This document shows, in pieces, positions 1 through 14,976 of a DNA stretch of 64,000 bases. The notes beneath the pieces are model-generated. The model was given only the letters and a program-made list of their open reading frames with translations. It had not been told where the DNA came from and searched no databases. The position numbers and the translations under genes are program-made. Position 1 is the stretch's first letter; each line of letters opens with the position of its first letter. Source of the stretch: Octopus vulgaris (lineage: Eukaryota); the NCBI GenBank assembly GCA_951406725.2, contig OX597824.1:36518001-36582000 (forward strand). The letters run 5' to 3'.

Positions 1-204
1 GTGACTTTGTGCTAGCTGTTGAGAGGCTAATGTAAGATAAAGGGACAAGAGTGGGTGTCTTGTTGAAGCGGAAATACATGGCTACCCCAACAGGAAAGAG
101 AGCAAGTCTACATTTTCATAAGTCTATTTTGCACACACTTTAAGTGCATGGAAGTGCACTTGGGAAAGCAGCAGAAACTTACACAAAATTGCTGAAAGTA
201 TTGC

Positions 205-240
<36 letters not shown>

Positions 241-3200
241 AACGATGATGACATGTTTATTTCTTAAATAGTAAGTATAAGAGTATTTAAAGTTCAATTC
301 AGTCAAAAGGTGCCATATTGCAAAAATGGACATTATTAGTTAACAGTCTAGCAGATCATACAAGAAACACTGACTTCTAAATAACCATCAAATATCATAG
401 ATATTTGTCTTATTAATCAGTTGTTATATCTGCAACCTGACATTTTGCTCAATGAGAAAATAACTGACATTCCAAGTAGAAATACTGTCACATTTGGAAT
501 GGTATTTCATTTGAAATGTTACTTAAAATTCAGAGCTAGATAAAATAAACAATGATAATTATGCTGAAACTGCAAATTTATTTAAAAGATATGTTGTTAG
601 GAAAAACCAATATATTTCATACAATAATTATAAATCATCTTGCATAAAAACCCTACTTTTATTTTTTTCAATAATTTACACTTTTAATGTTTCCCAAAAC
701 CTTAGAAAAAGAAAGTTAGGAAGAACAGAAATATATTTCAGCAGCTGATGATTAAATCTAACCATTAAACATATTGTTTTATAATGAAGAGGTAATCAAT
801 ATATTTCCTGCAAATTTTCCCCAGTAAACATTGCATAATTTATGGCCACTATATCTACTTTAGAAAGCAAATACTTTTTCTTATTTTACAAAATCTAAAT
901 GGAATTCTTCACATTGAAATTTAGCTTTGATCACTTTGTAAGAGGCGAAAATCTTAGAAACATCATTCATAAAAACAAAGGACATTATTAGAAGGCAGTA
1001 AAGTAAGCTGCAGTAAAAGCAACATGGTGAGTGGCTTTTTTAAGCATAACATTTAAGCAAGCCATTAATAAGTGAATTTACTGAATTTTGGATATTTTCT
1101 GCTCAATGTATTCAAATCAAATTTCATGATAAGAAAAGAAATCAAAGATATTAGAACACAAATGGTTATGGGAATTTAGAATTTAAGATCTTGCTTGCAG
1201 CATAAGAAATAATTAAAGTGAATGAGCGCTCAACTAAATAGGACAAGGGAATATTTTATGGCCAATTAACACTGATAATAATTACTTTTGTAAAATTACA
1301 TTATACTTGCAAACAAACCACGGATGGCTTGTATCTGAAGACTGACACGACACAGAGTCCATGACCAAAATATTATGTACACCTTTGCTTTGTCAGTGCT
1401 ATGTAAATAGGAACATTTTGAGGGGATACTCTAGTGATTTATAACTGAAAAATGTTTTGCAGTTTTCAGTGTTGATTTCTTCCATGGGCCTGGCCATGAT
1501 AAAATAATTTTCATTATTTCAATTAAGGCTATCATCATCATTGAAGGTAAATATCATATGAGATATTACAACTTAATTAACTGTTTGTCTGAAATAAAAG
1601 CCTGACTTAAGGAGATGCAAATATATCAATCTTTTACAAGGATGAGATGAAAACCAGGTATCTGTTTTTGCAGAGGGTAAAATAAAGGGAAGGCCTGTAC
1701 ACAGAAAATTACAAATGTGTATTCTTGATTTTCAAATTGTCCAATAATATTTCATTGCATTTCCTTAAAAATAAAGATAAACCATGTTAGAAATTCAATA
1801 ACCTTTACCTTTTAAGTAATATGCTAAACTAATAGAAAAATACTTCCATAGTTATAAATAAAATTGCCAATTATGGCATATTTGTAATAGTTCAATATAG
1901 TTAGTGCTATATTTACTCACTCCTTCACTAAAAAAACCCTACACATGTTTAAGATTAAAAGACGAATTTTGATTATTTGCCCATAAACCTAAAAGGAATA
2001 AAATTATAGCAAACTTAAATCAATATTTAATACTTTGGTTCAGAATTAGATGAAATCTAATTAAATAATATGCTAACTCATCATAAATTGGAACACCAAA
2101 TTAGGAGACTCAAATCTAGTGATAGAATATATTTATAAAGCAAGTATTTTCACCTTCAATCTTTTTAAACTGGTATCTTGTTTAAATCTATTATTTAATT
2201 TAACTTAATGAAAGATAAATTGTTTTACAGATAGATTAAGAGCAATTTCTTAATAAGACGAGAGATACATTTACTGATTAGCCTCTTACTTGTGAAATCA
2301 GTTAAAATAAAAACAATTACAAACTAAAAGATAATTAGAGAAGACTAAGTAATTTGCTTGACTAGTAGTAAAAATATTTCAGATATTTCAGAGATAGATT
2401 TGTGTAAATAATACAGAATATTATATAAAAATATTGACATTTAGGCTTCAAGTAAATAAGTAAATGAAATGATGTTTGGGAAGTTTCCACTTACAGGGCT
2501 CTGGTTTGATCCCAAAACATGACATAATGGGCAAGTGTTTCTACCTAAAAGTTCATCACTACTTTGTGAGGGAAACTTGGAAACTGTGTGGAACCTCATA
2601 AGATATGTGTGTGTGTGTTTATGTATGTATGTATGTATGTATGTATGTGTGTGTGTATGTATGTATGTATGTATGTATGTATGTATGTGCATACATATGT
2701 ATGATGTGTTTTCTTTGTAAGTATGCATGTATGTTTTTCTTAAGTTTTTTTTAAGAGAGTTCAAGCCAGTTACTAACAAAGTGACAAGACATTTTCAGTC
2801 AAAAAAGTTCCCAGTATTTGTAAATATGTGGTTGAAGTGTTGTGTTGGTTAAGCTGTTGATTCACACACTCGAGTGTATGAATCTATTCACCTAGAGAAT
2901 CTCAGATGGAGAATCTCAGATGGAGAATCTTTGGAATATCTGACATATCTTCACTTCTTAAAAACCACCGCTTCTTTTCGTCTATGTATGTATGTATGAA
3001 TGAATGAATGAATGTATACACATACACACACGTGTGTGTGTGTGTGTATTAATTTCAGGTAAACAAATGTGGTGCAGTGAGACAAAAAAAAGACATTGTA
3101 GCATTTTGCTCTGACACAGTTATCACTCTGTTACCCAGGAAAATTTAGTCTTTGATTCTTTCAGGATTGGTAAAATAAATATTGGAGGTCACTACAATTG

Positions 3201-3500
3201 CTTAAAAGATCAAAATCCCCTTGAAAGAATTGTCTCAGGATTGTTCCAGTCCAATGACTATATCCAGTAAAGGAATAAAAGACTTTATATTTCCATGAAT
3301 TTGCAACCTCTTTATATTTGAATATATTCAGGAATTATTTACTCCAGCTTAATGCCAACTACTTAACATTTCGGTTGATTAATTGTAGTAAATGCAACAG
3401 TGAACTAAGAAGTATAAGTTTTCGTATGGGTAAGCTACAATAGCAATTACAAACACTCAGTGTGGAGAATACTATCAATATTTGTAAGCGTGTATGGAAT

Positions 3501-3810
3501 AAGGCAGTGAGCTGGCAGAATTGCTAGCACGCCAAGCGAAATGCTTAGCAGTATTTCGTCTGTCTTTATGTTCTGAGTTCAAATTCTCCCAAGGTCCACT
3601 TTGCCTTTCATCCTTTCGGGGTCAATAAATTAAGTACCAGTTGCATATTGGTGATGATCTAATTGACTGGCCCTCTCCCCCAAAATTTCAAGCATTGTGT
3701 TTAGAGTAGAAAAGAATCGTTAGTGCACCAGGTAAAATGCTTAGCAGAATTTTGTCCATCTTGAAATTCTCAATCCAAATTTTGCTGGGGTAAACTTTGC
3801 TTTTGTTTAT
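3501..3810 (+). mobile_element. tRNA-headed SINE family B plus a partial second unit
   Basis: aaggcagtgagctggcagaa...gagttcaaatt (B box)...gcctttcatcctttcggggtcaataaattaagtaccag; the head restarts at ~3714. Confidence 0.85.
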
Positions 3811-4394
3811 CAAATTCCATGCCCAAAGCAGTTGCAGAAGACACTAGCTCAAAGTATCTTGTAATAGGATTAGATCTAGTCCCATGTAGTTGTGAAACAA
3901 ACCTTTTAGTCATATGGCAATGCTCATGTCTTCATAATCCTCTGCCTTTGTATAGTTAAAAGAAAAGAAAAACACCTTCTTTCAAATGAATACAATGACT
4001 CAATTTGTGAGAACATTATTATTCTACTTAAGTAAATTTTGTGAATATCCACTGAAGTAGTGCAGCTTAGGAGGTTGGCACCTATAAGATTGTATAGGCT
4101 TGGACTCCAGAGATGGAGGTTAGAAAACTCAAGGGCTGTTCCAGGTGGCACAAGCTGTTACACTGCCACTGATTTTCTTGCATATTTTTCTTATATACAC
4201 ACATTTTCCAAAATGGCTTTAATCATTTTTATGAATATTGCGACATTATTTTGCTTCCACATTTTATACTCTTGAATAGTATTTCTTGAATGAAAATGCA
4301 TTCACATCTCAAGAGACAAAATGAAACACTAAAACTTCATGTCACATGTATTGGTTTTAATTCCCATTTCTTTTGTAATATTTGATGTTATATT

Positions 4395-4605
4395 GGTTTC
4401 AAATTTTGGCACTTGACCAGCAATTTCAGTGGGAGAGAGTCAATTACATTTAGCCTAGTGTTCAACTGGTACTTATTTTATCAATCCTGAAAGGATGAAA
4501 GGCGAAGCTGACCTTGACAGCATTTGAACACAGTATGTTAAATCAGAAGAGAATCTGCTAAGCAATTTTCCCAACATGCTAACAGTTCTGCCAGTTCTCT
4601 GCCTT
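4395..4605 (-). mobile_element. SINE family B; further copies at ~14636-14850 (-), ~23289-23500 (+) and ~32260-32430 (+, decayed)
   Basis: ctggtacttattttatcaatcctgaaaggatgaaaggc is the reverse complement of the family B core. Confidence 0.8.
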
Positions 4606-4939
4606 AATGTTTATTGTTATATTATCAAACATTTCTACCAATTCTGATCCATATAAATCATTATTCAGACTGCTCACGTCAAGTAATCTTTTGCCTATTA
4701 ACTATATAAAGGACCAAATATTTAAAGTCTCAAGTCTTTTTTGTTTGATGACTGAACTGCTGTATAACTTCTAGTAACTTAAAATAGTGTGAAACAGGCT
4801 CTGCAAAACTAATATTGTAAGTCCCCTGCAAGAGTTGAAGCACAGTGAGGATAGTTTTAATAAGAATCAATGAAACAAATATGGAGCAGTTCTTCCTATC
4901 AGTTTATTAAGAGACTACAGTGAAGTCAGAAACATCAAC

Positions 4940-5095
4940 ATTGATCTCTTAAAGGAGTCAATTTTAATTTTGAGTCACAATTTCTCTCAGGGTCACTTGT
5001 ATGTAGAATGTTCAACAGTAAGCAGATGAAATAATATTCACATATTAACACAAAATAGAATTAACTGAAAATATTATAAAGAAGCATTACAATCA
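4940..5095 (+). mobile_element. Helitron (PIF1-type helicase) C-terminal fossil
   Basis: From 4945 reads SLKGVNFNFESQ, then after a frameshift FSQGHLYVECSTVSR*NNIHILTQN...YKEALQ, matching the Helitron RepHel end QSLK.VGL.L...FSHGQLYVACSRV...VYKE.L. Confidence 0.65.
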
Positions 5096-5550
5096 AATGA
5101 TTAATTGATTGAAGAGACAGACATTACAGAAATCTTTGTGTAATTAGAGAGAATTTCAGATTTAAGCAGTTGATATTTAAAATTGGAGAGAGACTAAAAT
5201 GCTTTATGGTATTTAATGTTTAAAGTTGTTCATGGAGTTGAGCTGCAACAAGATAGAAAAATGAATTTAAAAAAAAATCAACTGTGTTAGCTGTTTGATC
5301 TAGTTGTTAATAACACAATCATGTTGGCTAAATGTAATTCCATAGCACGATTAAAGGTTTTCAATAACCAAAGTATATTCCAATCTAACTTCTGTAACCA
5401 ATATCATAATTAAACTGTTGTTTTATATAACCAATGTAGATTTAAACGACAAATGTATTTAGTATGTCAATGGAACTATCATATACCAGTCAATATTGTC
5501 AATTACTATTGCATTTATTGTCATAATCATCATGAGTGGCATTGTCAGTG

Positions 5551-5581
<31 letters not shown>

Positions 5582-6892
5582 TATTGTCCTGACTAGCAGT
5601 TGTAGTAACAATAGGATACGTTTAATGCCTTGGTCACTATTCTTTGCAATATGATCTGTTGACTTCTAATCTAAGATAAGATATCTACCTTGTTATGATT
5701 TCTTTGATCTCTTCCTGCCATTGCTAACTCTTACAACCAAAGTTTATAGTTCTATATTTATTTAAAAATCAATTTTCTTCTTTCCCATTAAAAGCCCATA
5801 GCAACACAATCACTCTTCTTGAATTCACTGATCAATAGTCCTTATACCCAGTCATTTTCTGAGCTTATTCATACTCAACTTGTTTCAAGTCCACACTATA
5901 TATATATTATATATTATGCTATATCTCAGTTATAAATCTACTACTTTTCCAAAATTTATTTCTAGAGACACACAGAAACACACTTCTGTCACTAAAAAAA
6001 ATGCACTTGTCTACTAAATATATATTATTATCTTGTTGCTAAACACTAATCTACTATAAGGTTGGGCTAGGGCATTCCACAACTGCATCCATTAACCAAT
6101 TCTTGAATTGCATATGAGTGCAACCAAATACATTCGTTTTAATGTCTCAGTTTTATTTTTACTAGTAGGAGTGGTTAGCATTAGGAAGGGCATCCAGCTA
6201 TAGAAACTCTGCCAGATCAGACTGGAGACTGGTGCAGCCATCTGGCTCTCCAGTCCTCAGTCAAACCGTCCAACCTATGCCAGCATGGAAAGCAGACAAT
6301 AAACGATGATGATGATGATGATGATTATAATAATAATAATAAATGCTGAGCAGCAATTGATTTTCTAACTGTTGTTGTTAACCTTAATCAGATCAATCTT
6401 AAGCTGATTTATCAATGGCATTTCAGCCAAGAACATCCTGTCTTTTTAGCAATATGCCTTGGACTACAGTAACAAAGATAATATGATGCAAGTTGAGGGA
6501 AATTTGGCTGCTTTTTCTGAAAGTTGAGCAATCATGTAGAGGTTACTTTGATGCTTAAGTTTCCATACTTTTATTTATCTACAGTTGTTTTACAGCCTTT
6601 GCTAATAATCTTTGTCAGTTCATGATTAAAAGTTACATTATCTCAGAAATTTTTGTTAAACAGAGGTTTTAGTTAGCAAATCTGAAGGACAAAAAGAATT
6701 GTTAACCACAACTAATTGAAATATTTTTACTCTAAACGTTATTAACAGATTATAAGAGTTCTAGTTATAAGTACTACACATTGCACGAAGACAAAAAAAT
6801 ACTACCTCTGACTGGCCTGGTGCAGCCTTTGGGCTCCTCAGACCCCAGTTGAACCGTCCAACCCATGCTAGCATGGAAAGCGGATGTTAAAC

Positions 6893-6925
<33 letters not shown>

Positions 6926-6967
6926 ATGTGTGTGTGCGTGTGTGTGTGTGTGTGTGTGTGCATGTGT

Positions 6968-7320
6968 GTGTGGCTGTGTAGTAAGTGGCTTGTTTCTATA
7001 TCACATAGTTCTGGGTTCAGTCCAGTTGTGTGTCACCATGGGCAAGTGTCTTCCACTATATCCACTGGTCAACCAAAGGCTTGTGAGTGGATTTGTTGAC
7101 AGAAATTGAAAAAAACCATTTGTGTGTGTTCATGTCTGTTTGTCCCCCACTACCACTTGACAACCAGTGTTGGTGTGTTTTTGTCCTTGTAACTTAGCAG
7201 TTCAGCAAAAAGGACCAATAGAATAAGTATCAGTTACTGGGGTTGATTTATTCAACTAAAACTTCTTCAAGGCAATGCCCCAGTATGGTCACAGTCTAAT
7301 GACTGAAACAGGTAAAAGAT
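6968..7320 (+). mobile_element. SINE family A
   Basis: Same head, body and tail as 49790-50130, more diverged. Confidence 0.8.
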
Positions 7321-7372
7321 TAATGATATATATGTGTGTGCAGTATGTATGTACATATGTATGCATGTATGA

Positions 7373-7470
<98 letters not shown>

Positions 7471-8349
7471 GAGTGTGGGGGTGTGTGTGTGTGTGTGTAT
7501 GCATATGTATATATATGTGTAATATATAAAGCTATATTCTCAAGATGCAAAAAGATGCACATCAAAATTAGAACCTGACATGAATATCTGTGTTTATGTA
7601 ATGGCAAAAGAGCATGCCATCAAAAATAGTATTGCTACTCATGTATAAAATTCCCTAAACATGCAAAAGACACAGGTATGTGGAAAGCATTAATTCCCAG
7701 TCGTTAGTAATTTCCCCCCCGTCTCAGACCCGATAGTACTATAGTCTTTACTACTATGGTACCACACTAATGTTCTAATTACAACATGACAACTTCCTAG
7801 TGCTATTGCATTTATGTCCTAGTTCGAAGGCCTATGCAACATTCTGGTTCTATTAATATATGTCACCAACATTGATGAATGTTTATTCGCTGTATGGAGA
7901 AGATCCAGCAGCAGCAGTAATCTACTTATTGATGCTCTTCTCTCTCTACCTATCTCTCTCTCTCTCTCTCTCTCGCTGCTATATCGACTGGTTCAGCCTT
8001 GTAGTAAGCAAATCAATGCTGAAAACTACCTTGAGAACATTTCACTTCACCTCCACTCACTCATGGCACTTTCACACTTTCACAATGCTCGATTGCATCC
8101 ACATATTTAGTTAACCTTTCTCCCCTCTACACACATCCAAAGATTGTTAATAGCAGCTTCACTAACATTGTTCTAGTAGAAGCATCACTGAAATCTATTA
8201 AAGACGGATGCATACACGTACGTACATACGCACATACGAAATCTTATACAGATATACACACATGTACATATAGGCATACATATACAAATAATGAATACAT
8301 GCTATTTTGATATATAATTTGATATATAAATAATATGAATATGTATGTG

Positions 8350-8383
<34 letters not shown>

Positions 8384-8622
8384 CATTATATAGATTTATA
8401 TATATATATATTTAGATACATATTTATATAAATCTCTGTTGGTGGTTTACCAGAAGCAATATATATATATATGTGTATGGATGTGTTTGTGTATGTTTGT
8501 GTATGTGTATATATATAAACATACACACACACACACACACATATACATATGCACATACACACATATATATTTGTATGTGCAAACAGATATATGTGTGTGC
8601 ATGCAGATATGTGTATGTATGC

Positions 8623-8679
<57 letters not shown>

Positions 8680-9621
8680 TGTTTTGTGTGTGTGTGTGAG
8701 AGAGAGTGTTTTGTGTGTGTGTTTGTGTGTAAAGGGTGATTCAGAAATCTCTTCCTTTTTAGATGATATATATAAAATATTTTATATTTTGTTACAGTTT
8801 CATTGTTATATCTATACTATATCCATGAGGAAAATTTCATTTTCCTTATATTTTGTACAAAAAATTCTTTTGATATCGTTTTATACAAGTTTACCAAAAT
8901 GACATCAGGTCTGGTCCAGGCAGGTGACCATGTGAATGTTTTGTCAAGTGAAACAGTTCTCCTGAAATCTCAGGGTGGGGATGTTTAGGGTTGGATTGGT
9001 AAGAGTGTCAATGAATATAGGTGGGAGGGGGAAAGAAAGGCAGAGGGGGAGGATGTGAGACATATATTAGGCAGATCTCAACCAACCTTGATTGTCAGTG
9101 GGGGATAGGGAGTGGGGTTATATTGAGGCTAAAGGTCATTAGAATTGCATTTTGTGTGTGAGTGTGTGTGTAATTTAGTATTTAGCAAAGACTTTCTTTT
9201 ACCTGAGGATGTAGCTTAAATTTTACATTACTTTGAAGGATTTTGCATTTTGCATTACTGCAGATACGTAAGTAATTTACTATTAAATATAATAATATAT
9301 ATGTTTTAAGTTACATGTTTTAAGTTATGAAACAATTTGTTGCAATACTAGAATTTTCTTATTGTCTAATATAATTTCAACAAATTATTTTTCTGTTATT
9401 TATGACATTATGTAAATACATATATATCTGTATATATAAGTGCAAACAGGGTTCTGTGATTAAGATACTTGCTTTGTAATAATGGTGTTTGGGGGGTTCA
9501 GTCTCACTGCATGACATATTGGGCAAGTGTTTTTGATTATAGCAGCATGAGTTGAATGGTTTGATAGAATCTGAAAGAATATGAAGACTACAACATGCTT
9601 CAATGGCTGGATGATCTTCCT

Positions 9622-9897
9622 TAAAGCTGAGCGTGATCGTTGCCAGAGCAGCCAACTGGCTTCCATACCGGTGGCACATAAAAGGGCACCATTTGAGCGT
9701 GAATCGTTACCAACATCGCTTTACTGGCACCTGTGCTGGTGACATGTGTAAAAAGATTCGAGCGAGGTCGTTGCCAGTACCGCCTGACTGACCCCCATGC
9801 CGGTGGCACATAAAAAGCATCCACTACACTCTCAGAGTGGTTGGTATTAGGAAGGGCATCCAACTGTAGAAACTCTGCCAAATCAAGATTGGAGCCT
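9622..9897 (+). mobile_element. RTE-tailed short repeat family D; other copies at ~6167-6325, ~6812-6925, ~13400-13670 (-), ~21360-21475, ~37158-37380, ~60735-61025 and ~63590-63700
   Basis: Shared gtggttgg-(g/a)ttaggaagggcatccagctgtagaaac motif; most copies continue into ccaacccatgc-agcatggaaa...(gat)n, the same 3' end as the RTE LINE at 39492-41075. Confidence 0.8.
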
Positions 9898-9959
9898 CCA
9901 CTGATGACATCACTCCTCCCAATGTCTTTGAAGTTTTGGAATCTGCACTGAAATATATT

Positions 9960-10170
9960 TTCAAGGTTAGGACAAACTTCCTTGAAAGTCTTCCATTATC
10001 TAAAATTAACGACCTTTTAATGTGAATTTCAAGTTTGGGAACAAATCAATTCTGTTGGGGTCAAATCCAGAGAGAACAGGCAAAGTATGACAGTTGCTTC
10101 ATGCTTTACCAAAATGTCACTGACAAGGAGTAATGCATGACCACGCATGTTGTTATGATGTAGCATCCCT
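9960..10170 (-). mobile_element. Mariner transposase C-terminal fossil
   Basis: Minus strand reads MLHHNNMRGHALLLVSDILVKHEATV..FSLDLTPTE..LFPNLKFTLKGR*F, a decayed form of the mariner LHHDNAPAH...YSPDLAP.DFFLFPKLK..LKGRRF motif, with frameshift and stops. Confidence 0.72.
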
Positions 10171-10253
10171 ACAAACTGAATAACTGCTAAATCATACTCT
10201 TTGCTTGACTGGAGGAGCTATACCAAAGTTATTTACCAACTAAACAATGCCTC

Positions 10254-10480
10254 TTAACCCTTTAGTGTTCAGATTATTCTATCAAACATAATGCTTATTG
10301 ATTCCCATTGATTTGAATTAATCATGCATTATCTCATATCTTCAAGATCTTGATGGTGCAATTACCTAATGTAGAATAACATTGTAGGGTAGGTATGAGA
10401 GCCTGGATCTGGTCAGTTTGAACATAAAACAGATTAGCTATTTTGGCCGGATATGGCCGGTTTAAATATTAAAGGGTTAA
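10254..10480 (+). mobile_element. TTAA-flanked MITE family 2
   Basis: ttaa-ccctttagtgtt...aatattaaaggg-ttaa; homologous to 34712-34939. Confidence 0.82.
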
Positions 10481-10674
10481 AGAATCAATAACTATTTTAC
10501 AAAAACTGTTCCTAGGATTATCATATTACTGAATGCAATTCGGTCATGACACTTGGACAATCATCAAATGTTAAGTTAAATAAATTCTTAAAGAACAACT
10601 GAAATTTTTTGTCTATCATTTCTGGTGAAATTTTATGCTTTTTATTAAGTTTCTTTCATTAGTCTCCTTCATGT

Positions 10675-10923
10675 GTGAAGGTGCATGGCTCAGTGGTAAG
10701 AGTGTTGGGCCCACAATCATGAGGTAGTGAGTTCAATTTCCAGACCAAGCTCTGTGTTGTGTTCTTGAGCAAGACACTTTATTTCACATTGCTCCAGTCC
10801 ACTCAGCTGTAGAAATGAGTTGCGACATCACCGGTGCCAAACTGTATCAGTCTTTGCCTTTCCCTTAAAAAACATCAGTGGTGGGGAGGCAGGAGCTGGT
10901 ATGCACAGGTGACTGCTGGTCTT
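10675..10923 (+). mobile_element. tRNA-headed SINE family C
   Basis: tggctcagtggtaagag (A box), gagttcaatttcc (B box), ttgtgttcttgagcaagacactt; reverse copy at 35518-35842. Confidence 0.85.
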
Positions 10924-11466
10924 TATCCCTTTACTCATTAGTCTCCAATAGATAACAGTGGAGATTATGCTGACACTAAAGAGCATTGATGTGCAGTAAA
11001 GAAATTTTGTTCACAACCACATGGCTCCAAGTTCAACCACATTACACATAGCCTTTAGTAAATGTCTATAATAGCCTTGGTTTGACTAATTTCTGAGAGA
11101 GAAACTGTAAAAACCAACACTTGTGTGCATTAATATCATTTACTGATGGAAGATACATTCATAAGCAATTCCATTGTGATATTTGTTCTTCACCAAATTA
11201 CAGACACTCCCTGTCAGCATTGCTATCATAAATACAATGAGCCTCTGATTTGCCTGATGGAAAACTTGCTATAACACTAGCGCCCACCATTTGAAGTAAA
11301 ATTAAAAATAAATACAACTGTTAGGGCTGACTTTATTTCTCATCATGCCAGGGTTAATGAAATAATAATCAGTAACATACTAGGGTTAATTTAATCGAAC
11401 ATAGTCCTCCTCATTTTGTGAAGGCAGTCTTATGTTTAGCCACAGGAAATAATAATAACAATAACA

Positions 11467-11519
<53 letters not shown>

Positions 11520-13014
11520 TTCCATATAGGGAAACAACCTCTCTGACGTCAATGAAAATCCCTTGCCAACATATTCTCGTGTTCAGCAAAAACTTTTCAA
11601 TAATAAAAGTATGTCAAATTCAATCATTTCACCTTGTACAGTTTTCTATAGCACCTGATTCACAGCACAGTAATTTTCCAATATTTTGATGGAATATTCC
11701 ATTTCCTTTCAATGATTCCAAACCAACAAGAAATAAATATTGTTAAACATATTTTCTTAATGTTACCAACATTATTTGTGATTAGAATTATAATTTTTAT
11801 CATCAGAATCATTATTAATGTCAAAAATTATTGTCATTATCCTTATCTTTATCATTATTATTATCATCATTGTTTTGTTGTTGTAGTTATTACGGTTGTG
11901 GTTGCCATGACTATTGACCAGAAATTTCAATTATGAAGGAATAAATCTTTGATTTCCTAACAAGCAGCATCACAAGACACTTTTCCCATGCTTTGTCTTT
12001 AACTAACCAATTATTTTGGTTGGAGACAAACTAAGAAATTACATCAATTATATTTTTCTATCTCCATTTAAGTTCAGCCAACTTTTTCAAACATTATTGA
12101 GTGATTGATCTGCTCAAGGTATTAAAGAGGTTTATTGATATGCTATTCCAAAACTATAGATTTAGTGTTAAAACAGAAAAGGACAAAATAACATGAAAAA
12201 AAAATGCTTTTACAGAAAATGAGAAGTTATTGATGAATGGAAAGTGTTTTCATGAAAAGAAAGTTCTTCATTCAAAGGACAGTTTATGGAGTTCATGGAC
12301 CAAGGAGGTGTGGGGACACACAGACACCTTTCCCAGAACAAGGCTTCAGATTTCATTACCGGGGGGTACAAATAAAAGCAAAGAAGCAATGCAAAGTAAA
12401 GGTAAAATAAATGACAAAATATTGTGTGAAGTTAGTAGTTTCTCTTTTCCAATCATTGGAATATTTTTTCTTCTTCTTCATGCATCATACATACTTCTAT
12501 CTCTTCTTGTTCCCGCATTACTTATTGGGTTAATTTTCTCCACCCAACTGATAAGGCTATTGATAGGGTGTTCAAGGGTTTTGGTTAAAAAATCTAAAGA
12601 TCATCATGTACAATAAAACAATTAGGTTGTGACTGATATGTACAGAATTCAAAGGTGGACTTGGTCCTGTGCACCTATCACATAAGTCCACAAGTGTGTA
12701 GACATATCTTGATATCATGTGAATCAGTTCCCTTCCCTAAAGGTTAAACAGAACTTGTGGATGAAGGGTAAGCTCAGGACAACAGGAAACTAACAGGGTA
12801 AACTTTAAATGACAGAAGGCAACTACCTTCATCTTCCAAGAAAAATCATAAACCATATCCCCTCCCTACAAACATATTATATATAAAGAGAGGGAGGGAA
12901 AGAGAGAGGGAGAGAGAGGAAAAGAGAGACGTTGTTTTCTTCTCTATTATGATATTAGCAAGTGGAACATTTTCTTTATTTGTTCAGCTAAATAAACAAC
13001 AAAACAGTGGATTT

Positions 13015-13220
13015 TGTTATTTAACCCCTGGATAGCAGTAATAAAGCAGACAAGCCTATGATCAAAAATATTCCAGCTGTGACCATCTTGTCTTATATTC
13101 ACTATATCTAATACTGCTTAATGGTCACCTCTATATTTTTAAGACAGTAGTGTGTGACAAGGTAGACTTAATTGCAATTTCTAGTAGGTTGAGCAACTCC
13201 CTCAAGGTTCCTTCATTGGC
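13015..13220 (+). repeat. Interspersed repeat family E; copies at ~6368-6545, ~25225-25360 (-), ~46715-46905 (-) and ~55200-55255 (-)
   Basis: Shared ttgtt-tttaacc...cctatgatcaa...ttccagc--tgaccatc-tgtct...atttctag-aggttgagcaa motifs. Class not determined. Confidence 0.6.
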
Positions 13221-14945
13221 TTGACAAATGAAGCATAGTTCAATGTGGTTATGAGACTGAAGTAGACTGAGCATCACTTGAAATATTAGTAAAACATTTT
13301 AAACTATTTCAAACAGAGAATGGTGAACAGGTATTGTATGATGATGTGATCGATTGAAAGAGAACATATATGTGAAGAACTGAAGTTGACCACCACCACC
13401 ACCACCATCATGATCATCATCATCATTTAATGTCTATTTTCCATGCTGCCATGGATTGGATTGCTTGACAGAACTTGCAAGCCAAAGTACTGTACCAAGT
13501 TCCATAGTCTGTTTTGGCATGGTTTTTATGGTTGGACACCCTTCCTAATGCGAACCACTTTGCTGATTGGACTGGGTGCTTCTCATGTGGCACCAGCACT
13601 GGTGAGGCCAGTTTTGGCATGGTCTTTATATGGCTGATTGCCTTTCCTAATGCCAATTGCTTTACAGAGTTTCAACAATAAGAAGTAGAGGTGACTGAAA
13701 ACGGGTTGGAAAATTTCTCAAGGGTGCTTTTTACTTCAAGAATACACAGTCACATGCATGTTAACATAATGTAGTGAGCAAAAAAAAATTGTTAATCATT
13801 AGAATTCTCTATAGAATAATGACAAAAGCTGTTTATTAATTAGTTAGAAGTGTGCACATTGACCAAAAGAATAAGCAATAATTAAAGTCTACATTGTGTA
13901 GAAAATTCTTAAAATGTGGTTTTCATGCTCCTTGTACTATGGAAGATTTTAAATGTATGATTCAATTTTAATTCTCGAGGAGATAAAATCTTCTTCTGTG
14001 AGATAATGTTTTTAATGTCTTACTCCCTTCTCTCTCTTTCCATTCCTTTATTTGTCACTTCTATTTCTCTTAGTCTTTCTCTTTCTCTATTCTTATAACT
14101 TTTCTCTCTTATTCTTTGGTTCAGTTTTTTTCCTTGCAAAACTCTCTCTCACTCTTTCTCAATTAACTATTCAATTCATTAAAAATACATGATAAAGTTT
14201 TTCTTTGGTATACTTTGAGAATATTTATGAACATTTTCACATTATATTTCTCATATCAAAGTTACATAGAAATTTTATACTTCAAGTTCATTCACTTACA
14301 TACAAATGCATAAGATATAAAATGCACAATTTGTTTACACATTAGAATTTTTTTATTCAACATATACTAGCAAAAGCTGTAAAGAGGGTAGCATTTCTGC
14401 TAGCAACCATAATGAAAGAGAGATAATTCCTATTAACAATAAGTACCAAAGATGAAGATCAGATCCTTTTGCATGTCTCCATTTAAATTTTAATTGATGT
14501 AAATTTTGGCCAACATAATTTGACTAATTAAGTTGTTGCTTAACTCTTAATCAGCTTTGATTTAGTAGATCTATGATTAAAAATCAATAAAAAAGAATTG
14601 ATTGTTCCTTTTGAGAGCCAGTAACAATAATAATAATCCTTTCTCCAATAGCACAAGGCCTGAAATTTTGTGGGGAGAAAGCTTGTTGATTACACTAACC
14701 CAAGGGCTCTACTGGTACTCATTTTATTGATACCAAAAGGATGAAAGGCACAGTTGACCTTATTGGAACTTGAACTCAGAACGTAAAGTTGGAAGAAATG
14801 CCACTAAGCATTGTGTCCAGCATGCTAATGATCCTGCCAGCTCACTGCTTTTGATTTCTGATTTAGGTACAAGACAAACAGTTTTGAAGGGGAGGGAGTT
14901 AATTGATACTATTGACCCTAAAAATATCAATAATAATAATTCTTT

Positions 14946-14974
<29 letters not shown>

Positions 14975-14976
<2 letters not shown>

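Noticed and set aside
8895-8961. Exon-like stretch on the minus strand (tttcag...gtaaac)
   Set aside because: Stop codon in the required phase 0 frame and no MyTH4 continuation. No downstream exon could be identified in 1-15677.
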